Below, in pieces: positions 18,540 through 27,970 of a stretch of DNA of 36,242 nucleotides (the first letter of the stretch is position 1; every line of letters begins with the position of its first letter). The translations under genes were made by a program, and so were the position numbers. The stretch covers positions 1 to 36,242 of the forward strand of contig JBOGMI010000361.1 of the NCBI GenBank assembly GCA_050746645.1, written 5' to 3'. Below the pieces are notes generated by a model. That model did not search any database and was not told the DNA's origin. It saw nothing but the letters and a program-made list of their open reading frames with translations. The DNA is from Bryobacteraceae bacterium. GTDB lineage: Bacteria > Acidobacteriota > Terriglobia > Bryobacterales > Bryobacteraceae.

Positions 18540-18590
18540 ATGCCGAATCAGAGCCGGAAGCGTAAGCGACCTAGCCCTGTTGCCGCGCTC
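18540..18590. repeat. dispersed intergenic element, family 1, copy C (5' arm only)
   Basis: ATGCCGAATCAGAGCCGGAAGCGTAAGCGACCTAG aligns base for base with 12444-12478 apart from 4 substitutions. It shares 20 exact nt with copy A. Confidence 0.8.
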
Positions 18591-18670
18591 CTAAAAGCTA
18601 CTCGAAGCCGCGGAAATGTAAGACTATAACTGCTGAAGAACGGCGGTAAATACAAAGAGGTTCATGAGAT

Positions 18671-19087
18671 ATGCCCAGTAGCAGCTCGACGAAGGCGAAT
18701 CGATCCGGCATGAAAGAAGCGTTCAGGCAGTTTGCAAAGCGAACTGCGGAAGCGGTCGGCACTCCATCGGCATTTCTAGCCGCAATCGTGCTCATCCTGC
18801 TCTGGGGTGGAATGGGAGGTGTGTTTCACTATTCCGACACCTGGCAGCTAGTGATCAACACGGGCACAACTATCGTCACATTCCTCATGGTGTTTTTAAT
18901 CCAAAACACTCAAAACCGCGATAGCAAGGCCATTCATTTGAAACTGGACGAGCTCATTAAAGCAATGCGCGGCGCCCGGAACTCAATTATCGATTTAGAT
19001 AGGCTGACCGACGATCAGTTGAAGCGATTAGAGGACGAGTACAAGAAGGTTGGCGGCCCTATACGCGGTGATCGACGGAAACGGTAA
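18671..19087 (+). CDS. low-affinity iron permease family protein
   Basis: 138 aa with two TM helices. The strings TWQLVINTGTTIVTFLMVFLIQNTQNRDSKAIHLKLDELI match my memory of the low-affinity iron permease (Fet4-related) family. AAGAGG lies 10 nt upstream. Confidence 0.8.
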   Translation: MPSSSSTKANRSGMKEAFRQFAKRTAEAVGTPSAFLAAIVLILLWGGMGGVFHYSDTWQLVINTGTTIVTFLMVFLIQNTQNRDSKAIHLKLDELIKAMRGARNSIIDLDRLTDDQLKRLEDEYKKVGGPIRGDRRKR

Positions 19088-19245
19088 GCGGGAGCGCCTG
19101 CTTTTCCTGTCTCGTGTGCCCGCAAGCCTTGGCGATCATGTAGAATTACGTTGACTCGGCTCCCGAGAACACGCGCACAAGGAGCGCGAACCTGGTAATG
19201 CCGTCTGCGAATGGAGGCGTGAGATGAAATTGCTTTTGTTGAACA

Positions 19246-20088
19246 TTGGTTGCCTCGGCGATGCTGCTCGCGCAGGAGGATAAGGTGCGTGTAATTGCGT
19301 TCGGAGCGCATCCGGACGATTGCGACCTGAAGGCCGGTGGAACCGCTGCGCTCTTTGCGCAGACGGGGTATGCCGTGCGATTCGTGTCGGTAACGAATGG
19401 CGATGCGGGGCATCAGACGATGCGCGACGCCGAGCTTGCAGCCAGGCGCTTGCGCGAATCAAAGGAAGCTGCGCGGCGGCTCGGCATCGACTATGTGGTG
19501 CTGAACAATCATGATGGCCAGCTATCACCCACGCTTGATGTTCGCAGGGAGATCATTCGCCAGATACGTGAGTGGAAGGCGGACATCGTTCTCGCTCCAC
19601 GGCCGAACGATTATCACCCGGATCACCGCTACACCGGCGTATTGGTGCAGGATGCTGCCTATATGGTGATGGTGCCTGCAATTGTTCCTGACGTGCCGCC
19701 GCTGCGAAAGAATCCGGTGTTCCTCTATTTCGAAGATAGATTCCAAAGACCGAATCCGTTCCGGCCGGATATTGCCGTGCGGATCGATGAAGTGTTCGAC
19801 AAGAAAATCGATGCGCTGGATGCTCATGAATCGCAATTCTATGAATGGCTGCCTTGGGTGGACGGCAAGCTCGCGGAAGTGCCGAAGGACCACGCCGCAC
19901 GCAAGCAATGGCTAAAGCGGCAGAGGACTCACGCGATCGGTCCGGCGGTCCGCGCCGCCTTAGTGAAGTGGTACGGCCCGGAAATCGGAAACGCGACGAA
20001 GCACTATGAAGCATTCGAGATCTGCGAGTATGGCTCACAGCCGGATGAAGCACGCATCCGCCAGCTATTTCCGATGCTCCATCTATAG
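19246..20088 (+). CDS. PIG-L/LmbE family N-acetylglucosaminyl deacetylase; N-terminus unresolved
   Basis: Motifs VIAFGAHPDDCDLKAGGT and NGDAGH, then YHPDH. Candidate starts are TTG 19246, ATG 19261 and GTG 19285. A strong GGAGG plus ATG at 19224 opens a signal-peptide-like ORF in a different frame (see findings). Confidence 0.85.
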   Translation: MVASAMLLAQEDKVRVIAFGAHPDDCDLKAGGTAALFAQTGYAVRFVSVTNGDAGHQTMRDAELAARRLRESKEAARRLGIDYVVLNNHDGQLSPTLDVRREIIRQIREWKADIVLAPRPNDYHPDHRYTGVLVQDAAYMVMVPAIVPDVPPLRKNPVFLYFEDRFQRPNPFRPDIAVRIDEVFDKKIDALDAHESQFYEWLPWVDGKLAEVPKDHAARKQWLKRQRTHAIGPAVRAALVKWYGPEIGNATKHYEAFEICEYGSQPDEARIRQLFPMLHL

Positions 20089-20140
20089 CGCTTGCGTGCG
20101 CAAAGTGTCTGCTCGTCGGCGCGAATCTAACCGCTGATCG

Positions 20141-23100
20141 CTAATCCCCGCTGTCGCTGAGCAGAGTTTGCAGGCGCGGGCTGAGCTGCCGTTTGCGCCC
20201 GAACCAAAGCTGGATTTTATCCAGATACAGATAAACAACCGGCGTGGTGTAGAGGGTGAGTAACTGGCTTACAAGCAAGCCGCCGACGATGGCGATGCCG
20301 AGAGGACGCCGCATCTCCGATCCCATGCCGGTGCCGACCGCCAGAGGCAGCGCGCCGAACATGGCGGCCAGTGTGGTCATGATGATGGGACGGAAGCGCA
20401 GCAGGCAGGCTTCATAGATCGCCTGTTTCGAGGGAAGGCCCTGCTTGCGCTCGACTTCAAGCGCGAAATCGATCATCATGATCGCGTTCTTCTTGACGAT
20501 GCCGATCAGCAGAATGATGCCGATCAGCGCGATCACCGTCAGCGGAATGTTGAAAATGATGAGCGCGAGCAGCGCGCCCACGCCCGCCGAGGGGATAGTC
20601 GAAAGAATCGTGATCGGGTGCACATAGCTCTCATAGAGCATGCCCAGAACGATATAGACAGCGATCAGAGCCGCGAGAATCAGCAGCGGCTCGGTTTTGA
20701 GCGATTGCTGAAACGCTTTGGCGGTTCCGGCGAAAGCTCCGTGCACGTTGGCGGGCATGCCGATATCGTCCTCCGCCTGTTGCACTGCCTGCACCGCCTC
20801 GCCGAGAGACGTCCCCGGCGCGATGGCGAACGAAAGCGTGATCGAAGGAAACAGGCCCTGGTGATTTACGGTGATGGAGTTCATCACCGTCTCCATGTGG
20901 GTGAAGGTCGAAATCGGAATCAAGGTGCCGTTATTCGAGCGCACATAGAGATCTTTCAACTCGGAGGGATTCTTCTGAAATTGGGGCGCCACTTCGAGCA
21001 CGACATGATACTGGTTCATGCCGGTGTACATGGTGGACACCTCGCGCTGGCCGTAGGCGCTGTAAAGCGTCGTATCGATCGCTTGGGGCGTCACGCCCAG
21101 CCGCGATGCTGTAGCGCGGTCGATGACGACTTGGGATGTGAGGCCGTGAATCTGCTGATCGCTGTTGGCATCCAGAATGATGGGGATGGTTTTGAGCTTG
21201 GCCAGCAGTCTCGGCACCCATTTGTTCAGGGCCTCCAGGCTATCGGATTGCAGCGTGTATTGATACTCGGAATTGCTTGAGCGGCCGCCGATATGAATGT
21301 CCTGTGATGCCATCATATAGAGGCTTGCGCCGGGAATAACAGCTAGTTTTTTGCGCAGCCGGCCGATCACTTGCTGCGCCGACAGCTTTCTCTCATCGCG
21401 CGGTTTGAGTGCCATCCAGCAGGAGGCTCTGTTCAGAGTCCCGCCGCCGGTAAAGCCTTCCACGTTGGCAACCGCGGGGTCTTGCTGAATGATGTGCATC
21501 ATTTGATGCAGCTTTTGCCGCATAGCGGCGAACGAGATGTCCTGGTCGGCCACAATCGTGCCGCCGATAGATCCGTTATCCTGCTCCGGGAAAAATCCTT
21601 TCGGCACGATAACGTAGAGATACACCGTCAACGCCACGGTGATAAGCGTAATCACCAGCGTCAGTTGGGGATGCGTGAGAATGACCGCGAGCGAACGGGC
21701 ATAGGCCCCATGAACCGTATCGAAGATTTTGCCGCAGCCGCGGTAAATGAAATTATGCTTGGCTTCCGGATGCGGCGTGCGCAGAAACCGGGAGCATAAC
21801 GCCGGGGTGACGGTGAGCGAAACCACGAGTGAAATCAAGATCGCGACCGTGAGCGTGACCGCGAATTCGCGGAACAGCCGGCCCACAATGCCACCCATCA
21901 GCAGAATGGGAATGAATACCGCGACGAGCGAGGTGCTCATCGAAAGCACGGTAAAGCCGATCTCTTTGGCGCCCCGGAACGCGGCTCTGAGCGGTGCGAA
22001 TCCCATCTCCAGATAGCGCGTGATGTTTTCGATGACCACGATCGCATCGTCCACCACAAACCCGGTGGAGACAGTCAGCGCCATCAGCGACAGGTTGTCC
22101 ATGGTGTAACCGCAGAGGTACATCACGGCAAAGGTGCCGAGCAGAGAAAGCGGAACCGCAATGCCGGGGATAAAAGTCGCCCAGGCGTTCCGCAGGAAGA
22201 AAAAGACGACCAGAACAACCAGCGCGATGGAAACCAGCAGCGTCAGCTCGACATCGTCAACCGAGGCGCGAATGGTGGTGGTGCGGTCCTGGGCGACGGT
22301 CATATGTATGGCCGGCGGCAGCGAAGCCTGGAGCTGGGGCAATATGGCGCGAATATTATCGGCCACTTTGATTACATTCGCGTCCGGCTGCTTGTGAATC
22401 CAGACCAGCACCGAGGGCACGCCGTTGTTCAGGCCATCGTTGCGCGTGTCGGAGACCGAATCGATCACATTGGCGATCTGGTCGAGGCGTACGGGAGCGC
22501 CGTTCTTATAGCCCACGATGAGCGGAGCATATTGAGCGGCCTTGAAAAGCTGGTCGTTTACGTTCAAATGCCAGCGAAATTTCTTGTTCTCCACCGATCC
22601 GGTTGCGAGATGGGCATTCGCGTTTTGCACAGCGGTGGTCACGTCGGTGAGCGCGATGCCCATTTTGTTCATCACGTCGGGATTGGCCTCGATGCGCACC
22701 GCCGGCTGCGAACCGCCCCAAACGTGAACCGTTCCGACACCCTGGATCTGCATGATTTTTTGCGCCAGGATCGAATCGGCGTAATCGTACACCACCCCGC
22801 GGTCGAAGGTCTTCGAAGTCAAGGCGAGCATCATGATAGGCGCTTCGGCTGGATTCGATTTCCAGTAGCCCGGATTACTCGGCAGATCGGCCGGCAGTTG
22901 GCCGCGCGCCGCGTTGATGGCCGCCTGAACATCGCGGGCCGCCCCATCGATGTCGCGGTTGAGATCGAACTGAAGCGTGATGCGCGTGCTGCCCAATTGG
23001 CTCGAAGAGGTCATTTCGGTGATGCCGGAGATGCGGCCGAACTGGCGTTCGAGCGGCGTGGCGACGGCCGAGGCCATTGTCTCCGGGCTTGCACCCGGCA

Positions 23101-23251
23101 GATTGGCATGCACCTGGATGGTGGGAAATTCCACCGGGGGAAGCGGGGCGACGGGGAGAAAACGGAAGGCCAGAATGCCCGCCGCCGCCACCGCCGCCGC
23201 CAGCAGCGAGGTTCCGATGGGCCGTTTAATAAATGGCGCGGAGATGTTCAC
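20141..23251 (-). CDS. mdtC: RND multidrug efflux permease, MdtC-like
   Basis: 1036 aa. The N-terminus FIKRPIGTSLLAAAVAAAGILAFRFLPVAPLPPVEFPTIQV and PGASPETMASAVATPLERQFGRISGITEMTSSS closely track E. coli MdtC as I remember it. It is third in an MFP-RND-RND operon. Confidence 0.9.
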   Translation of the reverse strand: MNISAPFIKRPIGTSLLAAAVAAAGILAFRFLPVAPLPPVEFPTIQVHANLPGASPETMASAVATPLERQFGRISGITEMTSSSQLGSTRITLQFDLNRDIDGAARDVQAAINAARGQLPADLPSNPGYWKSNPAEAPIMMLALTSKTFDRGVVYDYADSILAQKIMQIQGVGTVHVWGGSQPAVRIEANPDVMNKMGIALTDVTTAVQNANAHLATGSVENKKFRWHLNVNDQLFKAAQYAPLIVGYKNGAPVRLDQIANVIDSVSDTRNDGLNNGVPSVLVWIHKQPDANVIKVADNIRAILPQLQASLPPAIHMTVAQDRTTTIRASVDDVELTLLVSIALVVLVVFFFLRNAWATFIPGIAVPLSLLGTFAVMYLCGYTMDNLSLMALTVSTGFVVDDAIVVIENITRYLEMGFAPLRAAFRGAKEIGFTVLSMSTSLVAVFIPILLMGGIVGRLFREFAVTLTVAILISLVVSLTVTPALCSRFLRTPHPEAKHNFIYRGCGKIFDTVHGAYARSLAVILTHPQLTLVITLITVALTVYLYVIVPKGFFPEQDNGSIGGTIVADQDISFAAMRQKLHQMMHIIQQDPAVANVEGFTGGGTLNRASCWMALKPRDERKLSAQQVIGRLRKKLAVIPGASLYMMASQDIHIGGRSSNSEYQYTLQSDSLEALNKWVPRLLAKLKTIPIILDANSDQQIHGLTSQVVIDRATASRLGVTPQAIDTTLYSAYGQREVSTMYTGMNQYHVVLEVAPQFQKNPSELKDLYVRSNNGTLIPISTFTHMETVMNSITVNHQGLFPSITLSFAIAPGTSLGEAVQAVQQAEDDIGMPANVHGAFAGTAKAFQQSLKTEPLLILAALIAVYIVLGMLYESYVHPITILSTIPSAGVGALLALIIFNIPLTVIALIGIILLIGIVKKNAIMMIDFALEVERKQGLPSKQAIYEACLLRFRPIIMTTLAAMFGALPLAVGTGMGSEMRRPLGIAIVGGLLVSQLLTLYTTPVVYLYLDKIQLWFGRKRQLSPRLQTLLSDSGD

Positions 23252-23254
23252 GGC

Positions 23255-26200
23255 TTAATCGGCGGTGACCGCTCCTCGGATGCCGCTTTCGTCGAACTCG
23301 TCGTAGCCCTGGGCGCCGTGGCGGCGGCGGAAGCGCGCGGCGAGCCGGTCAAAGAAGAGGTAGACGACCGGCGTGGTGTAGAGCGTGAGCACCTGGCTGA
23401 AGAGCAAACCGCCCACGATCGTGATGCCCAAAGGCCGGCGCAGCTCGGCTCCCACGCCGCTGCCGAGCGCCAGCGGCAGCGCGCCGAAAATAGCCGCCAT
23501 GGTGGTCATCAGAATCGGCCGGAAGCGCAGCAAGCAAGCCTGATAGATGGCGTCGAGCGCCGTTTTGCTCTCTTTGCGCTCCGCGTCGAGTGCAAAATCG
23601 ATCATCATAATCGCGTTCTTTTGCACGATGCCGATCAGCAGGATAATGCCGATCAGCGACACCACGTTGAAATTGGTGTGGCAGAGCAGGAGCGCCAGCA
23701 GCGCACCCACGCCGGCCGAAGGCATAGTGGAAATAATCGTGATGGGGTGAATATAGCTTTCGTAGAGGACGCCGAGCACGATATAAACCACTCCCAGCGC
23801 CGCCAGGATCAGCAGAACTTCGTTCGACAGCGAGTTTTGAAACGCCGCCGCGGTCCCTTGGAAGCTGGAGCGAATGCTCACCGGTAACCCGATCTGCTGC
23901 TCGGCGTTCTTGATCGCCTGGACCGCGCTGCCCAGCGATACGCCTTCAGGCAAATTGAAGGAGATGGTCACCACCGGGAACTGGCCCTGGTGATTCACGG
24001 TCAGAGGCGTGGTGGTTTGCTCGAAATGCGTGAAAGAACCCAGCGGTACCATCTGGCCGCTGGCGGATTGCACATAGATGCTCGACAGATCCGCGGGGCT
24101 GCTGCGGAAACCGGAGCCCACGCCCAGCACTACGTGGTACTGATTCAACTGCGTGAACATGGTCGAGACCAGGCGCTGGCCGAAGGCATCATAGAGCGTG
24201 TTATCGATGGTCTGCATCGGAATCCCCAGGCGGGAGGCGGTGTCGCGATCGACCACCAGCGTCGTTTCGAGACCGCCGTTCTGCTGGTCTGTCGCTACGT
24301 CGCGCAGTTGGGGAAGCGTCTGCAGCTTGGCTACGAGCCGGTCGGTCCAGACCTTCAGCTCGTTCGCGTCCGCATCTTCGAGCGTGTATTGGTACTGCGT
24401 CCGGCTCACGCGGTCTTCCACGCTCAGATCCTGCACCGGCTGCATGTAGAGTGTGATCCCGGGCACCTTGGCGAGCTTCGGCTCCAGTCTCCGAATGACC
24501 TGCATGGCGCTGATCTTGCGCACCGAGAGCGGCTTGAGATTGATCTGGATGCGCCCGCTATTCAGCGTGGTGTTGATGCCGTCGATGCCGATGAACGAAG
24601 AGAGGTTTTCCACTGCCGGATCCTGCACAATCACCCGCGCAAGCGCCTGCTGGCGCTCCGACATGGCGGCAAACGAAACTGTGGGCGGAGCCTGAGAAAT
24701 GCCGAGAATAGCCCCTGTGTCCTGCACCGGGAAGAAGCCCTTCGGAACGATGACGTACAGCCAAACCGTTACGCACGCGGTCAGCACGGTGATGCCCAGC
24801 ATGAGCATCTGATGCTTCAGCACCCATCGCAGGCTGGTCGCGTAGCGCGCGATTACCCAATTGAACGCTGCCTCCGATTTGCGGAAGAATCGGCCCTTCT
24901 GCTCCAGCGGCTTGTGCTTCAAAATCGTCGCGCACATCATCGGTGTGAGCGTCAGCGAGACCGCCGCCGAGACCAGAATGGTGACCGCGAGCGTAATGGC
25001 GAATTCCCGGAACAGCCGGCCCACCACATCGCTCATGAACAGCAGCGGAATCAGCACGGCGATCAAAGATACCGTCAGCGAAACGATGGTGAAGCCGATT
25101 TGCTCGGAGCCTCGCAGCGCGGCGCGCAGCGGCGAATACCCTTGCTCCAGATAGCGCGAGATATTCTCGATCATCACGATCGCGTCGTCCACGATGAAGC
25201 CTGTCGAGATCGTCAGCGCCATCAGCGTCAGGTTGTTTAAGCTGTAGCCCATCAGATACATAGCGCCGAACGTGCCGACAATCGCGAGTGGCACCGAGAC
25301 ACTGGGAATCACCGTGGCGGAGAGATTGCGCAGAAACAGAAAGATCACCATCACCACCAGCGCGATGGTGAGCATCAGCTCAAATTGCACATCCTTTACC
25401 GATGCCCGGATCGTGGTTGTGCGGTCGCTGATGATCGAAACGTGAACCGCCGAGGGAATCGCTACTTGAAGCTGCGGCAGCAGATTCTTGATGCTATCGA
25501 CGACTTTAATAATGTTGGCGCCCGGCTGCCGCTGGACATTCATGATGATCGCCGGGATCGTGTTCACCCAGGCAGCCTGGTTTCTGTCCTCCGGTCCGGA
25601 GATCACCTGTGCGACATCGGAAAGCCGTACCGGCGCGCCGTTCTTGTAGGCGATGATGACCGACTCGTAACCCTGGGCGGTTAAAATCTGGTCGTTCGCG
25701 CCGATCGTATACGCCTGGCGCACACCGTCGAAGGTTCCTTTGGCCTGATTGACGTTGGTCTGGTTCAGCGCCGTGCGCACGTCTTCCAGGCTCAGCCCGT
25801 AGGAGGCGAGCTGGGTGGGATTGACTTCAATGCGCACCGCGGGTTTGTGCCCGCCGCTGAGCGTCACCAGCCCGACGCCCGGAAGTTGCGAGATCTTTTG
25901 CGCCAGCGTCGTATCGGCGATATCCTCCACCTTGGTGAGCGGCACGGTCTTCGAGGTCAGCGCCAGCGTGATGACCGGCGCGTCGGCCGGGTTGACCTTG
26001 CTATAGATCGGCGGGTTGGGCAGATCGGGCGGAAGATACGTCCCGGCGGCGTTGATCGAGGCTTGCACCTCTTGCTCGGCGACGTTGATATCCAGGTTCA
26101 GGGCGAACTGCAGCGTGATGATGGAGCTGCCATACGAGCTGATCGAGGTCATCTGCTTCAGGCCGGGCACTTGGCCGAAGGTGCGCTCGAGCGGCGCGGT

Positions 26201-26389
26201 CACCGAGGACGCCATCACCGCCGGGCTCGCACCCGGATAAAAGGTGGCGCATTGAATGGTGGGGTAATCGACCTGCGGCAGAGCCGACACCGGCAGCATT
26301 TTGTAAGCGATGGCTCCGGCGACCAGGACACCCGCCATCAACAGCGAAGTGGCGACCGGCCGCAGGATAAACGGCCGAGACGGGTTCAT
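23255..26389 (-). CDS. mdtB: RND multidrug efflux permease, MdtB-like
   Basis: 1044 aa. [40 protein letters not shown] and [31 protein letters not shown] track E. coli MdtB. The start overlaps the mdtA stop by 4 nt, and there is a 3-nt gap to mdtC. Confidence 0.9.
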   Translation of the reverse strand: MNPSRPFILRPVATSLLMAGVLVAGAIAYKMLPVSALPQVDYPTIQCATFYPGASPAVMASSVTAPLERTFGQVPGLKQMTSISSYGSSIITLQFALNLDINVAEQEVQASINAAGTYLPPDLPNPPIYSKVNPADAPVITLALTSKTVPLTKVEDIADTTLAQKISQLPGVGLVTLSGGHKPAVRIEVNPTQLASYGLSLEDVRTALNQTNVNQAKGTFDGVRQAYTIGANDQILTAQGYESVIIAYKNGAPVRLSDVAQVISGPEDRNQAAWVNTIPAIIMNVQRQPGANIIKVVDSIKNLLPQLQVAIPSAVHVSIISDRTTTIRASVKDVQFELMLTIALVVMVIFLFLRNLSATVIPSVSVPLAIVGTFGAMYLMGYSLNNLTLMALTISTGFIVDDAIVMIENISRYLEQGYSPLRAALRGSEQIGFTIVSLTVSLIAVLIPLLFMSDVVGRLFREFAITLAVTILVSAAVSLTLTPMMCATILKHKPLEQKGRFFRKSEAAFNWVIARYATSLRWVLKHQMLMLGITVLTACVTVWLYVIVPKGFFPVQDTGAILGISQAPPTVSFAAMSERQQALARVIVQDPAVENLSSFIGIDGINTTLNSGRIQINLKPLSVRKISAMQVIRRLEPKLAKVPGITLYMQPVQDLSVEDRVSRTQYQYTLEDADANELKVWTDRLVAKLQTLPQLRDVATDQQNGGLETTLVVDRDTASRLGIPMQTIDNTLYDAFGQRLVSTMFTQLNQYHVVLGVGSGFRSSPADLSSIYVQSASGQMVPLGSFTHFEQTTTPLTVNHQGQFPVVTISFNLPEGVSLGSAVQAIKNAEQQIGLPVSIRSSFQGTAAAFQNSLSNEVLLILAALGVVYIVLGVLYESYIHPITIISTMPSAGVGALLALLLCHTNFNVVSLIGIILLIGIVQKNAIMMIDFALDAERKESKTALDAIYQACLLRFRPILMTTMAAIFGALPLALGSGVGAELRRPLGITIVGGLLFSQVLTLYTTPVVYLFFDRLAARFRRRHGAQGYDEFDESGIRGAVTAD

Positions 26390-27771
26390 TCTTCCAGTCC
26401 TTCAGTTGTGTTCGACTGGCCCGGAATGGCGTGCGTGCGCAGCCGCACTTTGGCGCCGTCGGTCAGCTTTTCGGCGCCGTCGGTCACGACTCTTTCGCCG
26501 GGCTTCAGACCGTCGTCGATAGAAACGTTCGTGCCTTCCGTGATGCCTACCTTCACCAGGCGGGCTGCGACCGTGTCGTCGCTCTTGACGACATAGACGA
26601 ACGTGCCCGAGGGACCACGCTGGATCGCGTCGGCCGGGATGATGGTTGCGTTCTTTTGCGTGTTCAGCCACAGCCGGATATTTACAAACTGATTCGGAAA
26701 CAGTTTGTAGTCTTGGTTGGAGAAAACCGCCTTCAGGGGCGCGGTGCCGGTGGACGTGTCGATCTGGTTGCCCACGGTGAGCAGCGTTCCGTCGGCGATT
26801 TTGTGCGTGTTGTTGCGATCGTAAGCTTCCGCGGGCAGCTTGACGCCCTGGCGCAGCCGGTCGAGCACGGCAGGAATCTGACCCTCGGGAAGGTTGAAAA
26901 TCACGGAAATCGGATGAAGCTGCGTGATGACCGCGATTCCGTTGGCATCGGTGGTTTGGACTATGTTGCCGGCATCCACGAGCCGAAGTCCGATACGGCC
27001 ATCGATCGGCGCGACGATTTTGGTGTAGGTCAAATTCAAATTCGCGGCATCGATAGCGGCCTGATCCTGAGCAATGGCCGCCTGATCGGCTGCGATAGAG
27101 CCATGGCTCTGGTCCACCATCGCACGCTGGGCATCCAAATCCTGCTGGGCGATGATTTTGGCCGTAAATAACTGCTGGTCCCGCTGATAAACGAGCTGGG
27201 CATTTTCGAGCGTGGCCTGATCTCTGGCCAGATTGCCCTTCGCTTGCGCCAGATTGGCTTGGGCTTGAGACAGCGCCACTTGGTAAGGCCGCGGATCGAT
27301 CTGTGCCAGCAGCTCGCCCTTCTTGACAAACTGTCCTTCCTTAAAATTCACACTGATCAGTTGGCCGTTGATGCGCGGCTTGACGTTGACGGTGTTGAAA
27401 GCGGTTACGGTCCCCAGGCCCTGGAGGTAGACCGGCATGTTGCCGCTGTAGGCCGTGGCCGCCACCACAGGCATGGCATGGGGCCGCATTTTGCCTTTCA
27501 TCGCCATCCCGGCCTGCTTCTTGGCCGTCTCGACTTGATAAAGCTTGAAGCAGCCGAACCCGATCGCGGCAAACACCACAAGCCAGACCCACCAATGGTT
27601 CCTCGAAGGGCCGGTCCCGCCCTCCTCGAGCTTCGGCAGATGCGCGGGATGCGGATGGAGTGGTGCCGGTTCGTCGCTGTCAGGCATTTCTGTTTCCGGG
27701 GGTCGCGGTTCCAGGGTAGGCGGCGTGTTCATCAGGTTTTTTCCGTTACTTCTTTGATGTGCAGGAGGCAT
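26386..27771 (-). CDS. mdtA: RND efflux periplasmic adaptor (membrane fusion protein), MdtA-like
   Basis: Collinear with E. coli MdtA from [21 protein letters not shown] to [13 protein letters not shown] and [15 protein letters not shown]. It carries a Pro-rich N-terminal extension. An alternative start is at 27732. Confidence 0.9.
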   Translation of the reverse strand: MPPAHQRSNGKNLMNTPPTLEPRPPETEMPDSDEPAPLHPHPAHLPKLEEGGTGPSRNHWWVWLVVFAAIGFGCFKLYQVETAKKQAGMAMKGKMRPHAMPVVAATAYSGNMPVYLQGLGTVTAFNTVNVKPRINGQLISVNFKEGQFVKKGELLAQIDPRPYQVALSQAQANLAQAKGNLARDQATLENAQLVYQRDQQLFTAKIIAQQDLDAQRAMVDQSHGSIAADQAAIAQDQAAIDAANLNLTYTKIVAPIDGRIGLRLVDAGNIVQTTDANGIAVITQLHPISVIFNLPEGQIPAVLDRLRQGVKLPAEAYDRNNTHKIADGTLLTVGNQIDTSTGTAPLKAVFSNQDYKLFPNQFVNIRLWLNTQKNATIIPADAIQRGPSGTFVYVVKSDDTVAARLVKVGITEGTNVSIDDGLKPGERVVTDGAEKLTDGAKVRLRTHAIPGQSNTTEGLEE

Positions 27772-27953
27772 TTCGGGTCAGCGTGGCGCTTCCTAACTCT
27801 CGGACGGCACGGCCGGGTGACCAACTCTGCCTTCCGCTACCGGAAAAGGCGACACCTTTATCCTAAACGTTACACACCCGGAAAGTTTTTGCTTTCAAAC
27901 ATCGGCGGCGGCGGCCGCCGGTAGTTTCTCCGGGCTTCACCGCGACCCTCGCG

Positions 27954-27962
27954 TGATATAAA
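27954..27962 (+). promoter_or_regulatory. extended -10-like element TGaTATAAA, 8 nt upstream of the symporter TTG start
   Basis: Seen in sequence. An in-frame TAA at 27968-27970 forces the start to 27971. No Shine-Dalgarno sequence. Confidence 0.25.
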
Positions 27963-27970
27963 CGTCATAA

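Noticed and set aside
20089-20140. Possible bidirectional terminator between the PIG-L gene and mdtC
   Set aside because: There is only a 5-6 bp stem with a 2-nt loop (CTTGCG-tg-CGCAAAG) and no U-tract, which is too weak to call.
22304-23887. 527-aa plus-strand ORF running antisense across the mdtC/mdtB junction, and likewise 23990-25240
   Set aside because: These are codon-aligned shadow frames of the RND genes, which share the same phase. The content is low-complexity and Arg/His/Asp-rich, while the minus strand has unmistakable RND sequence.
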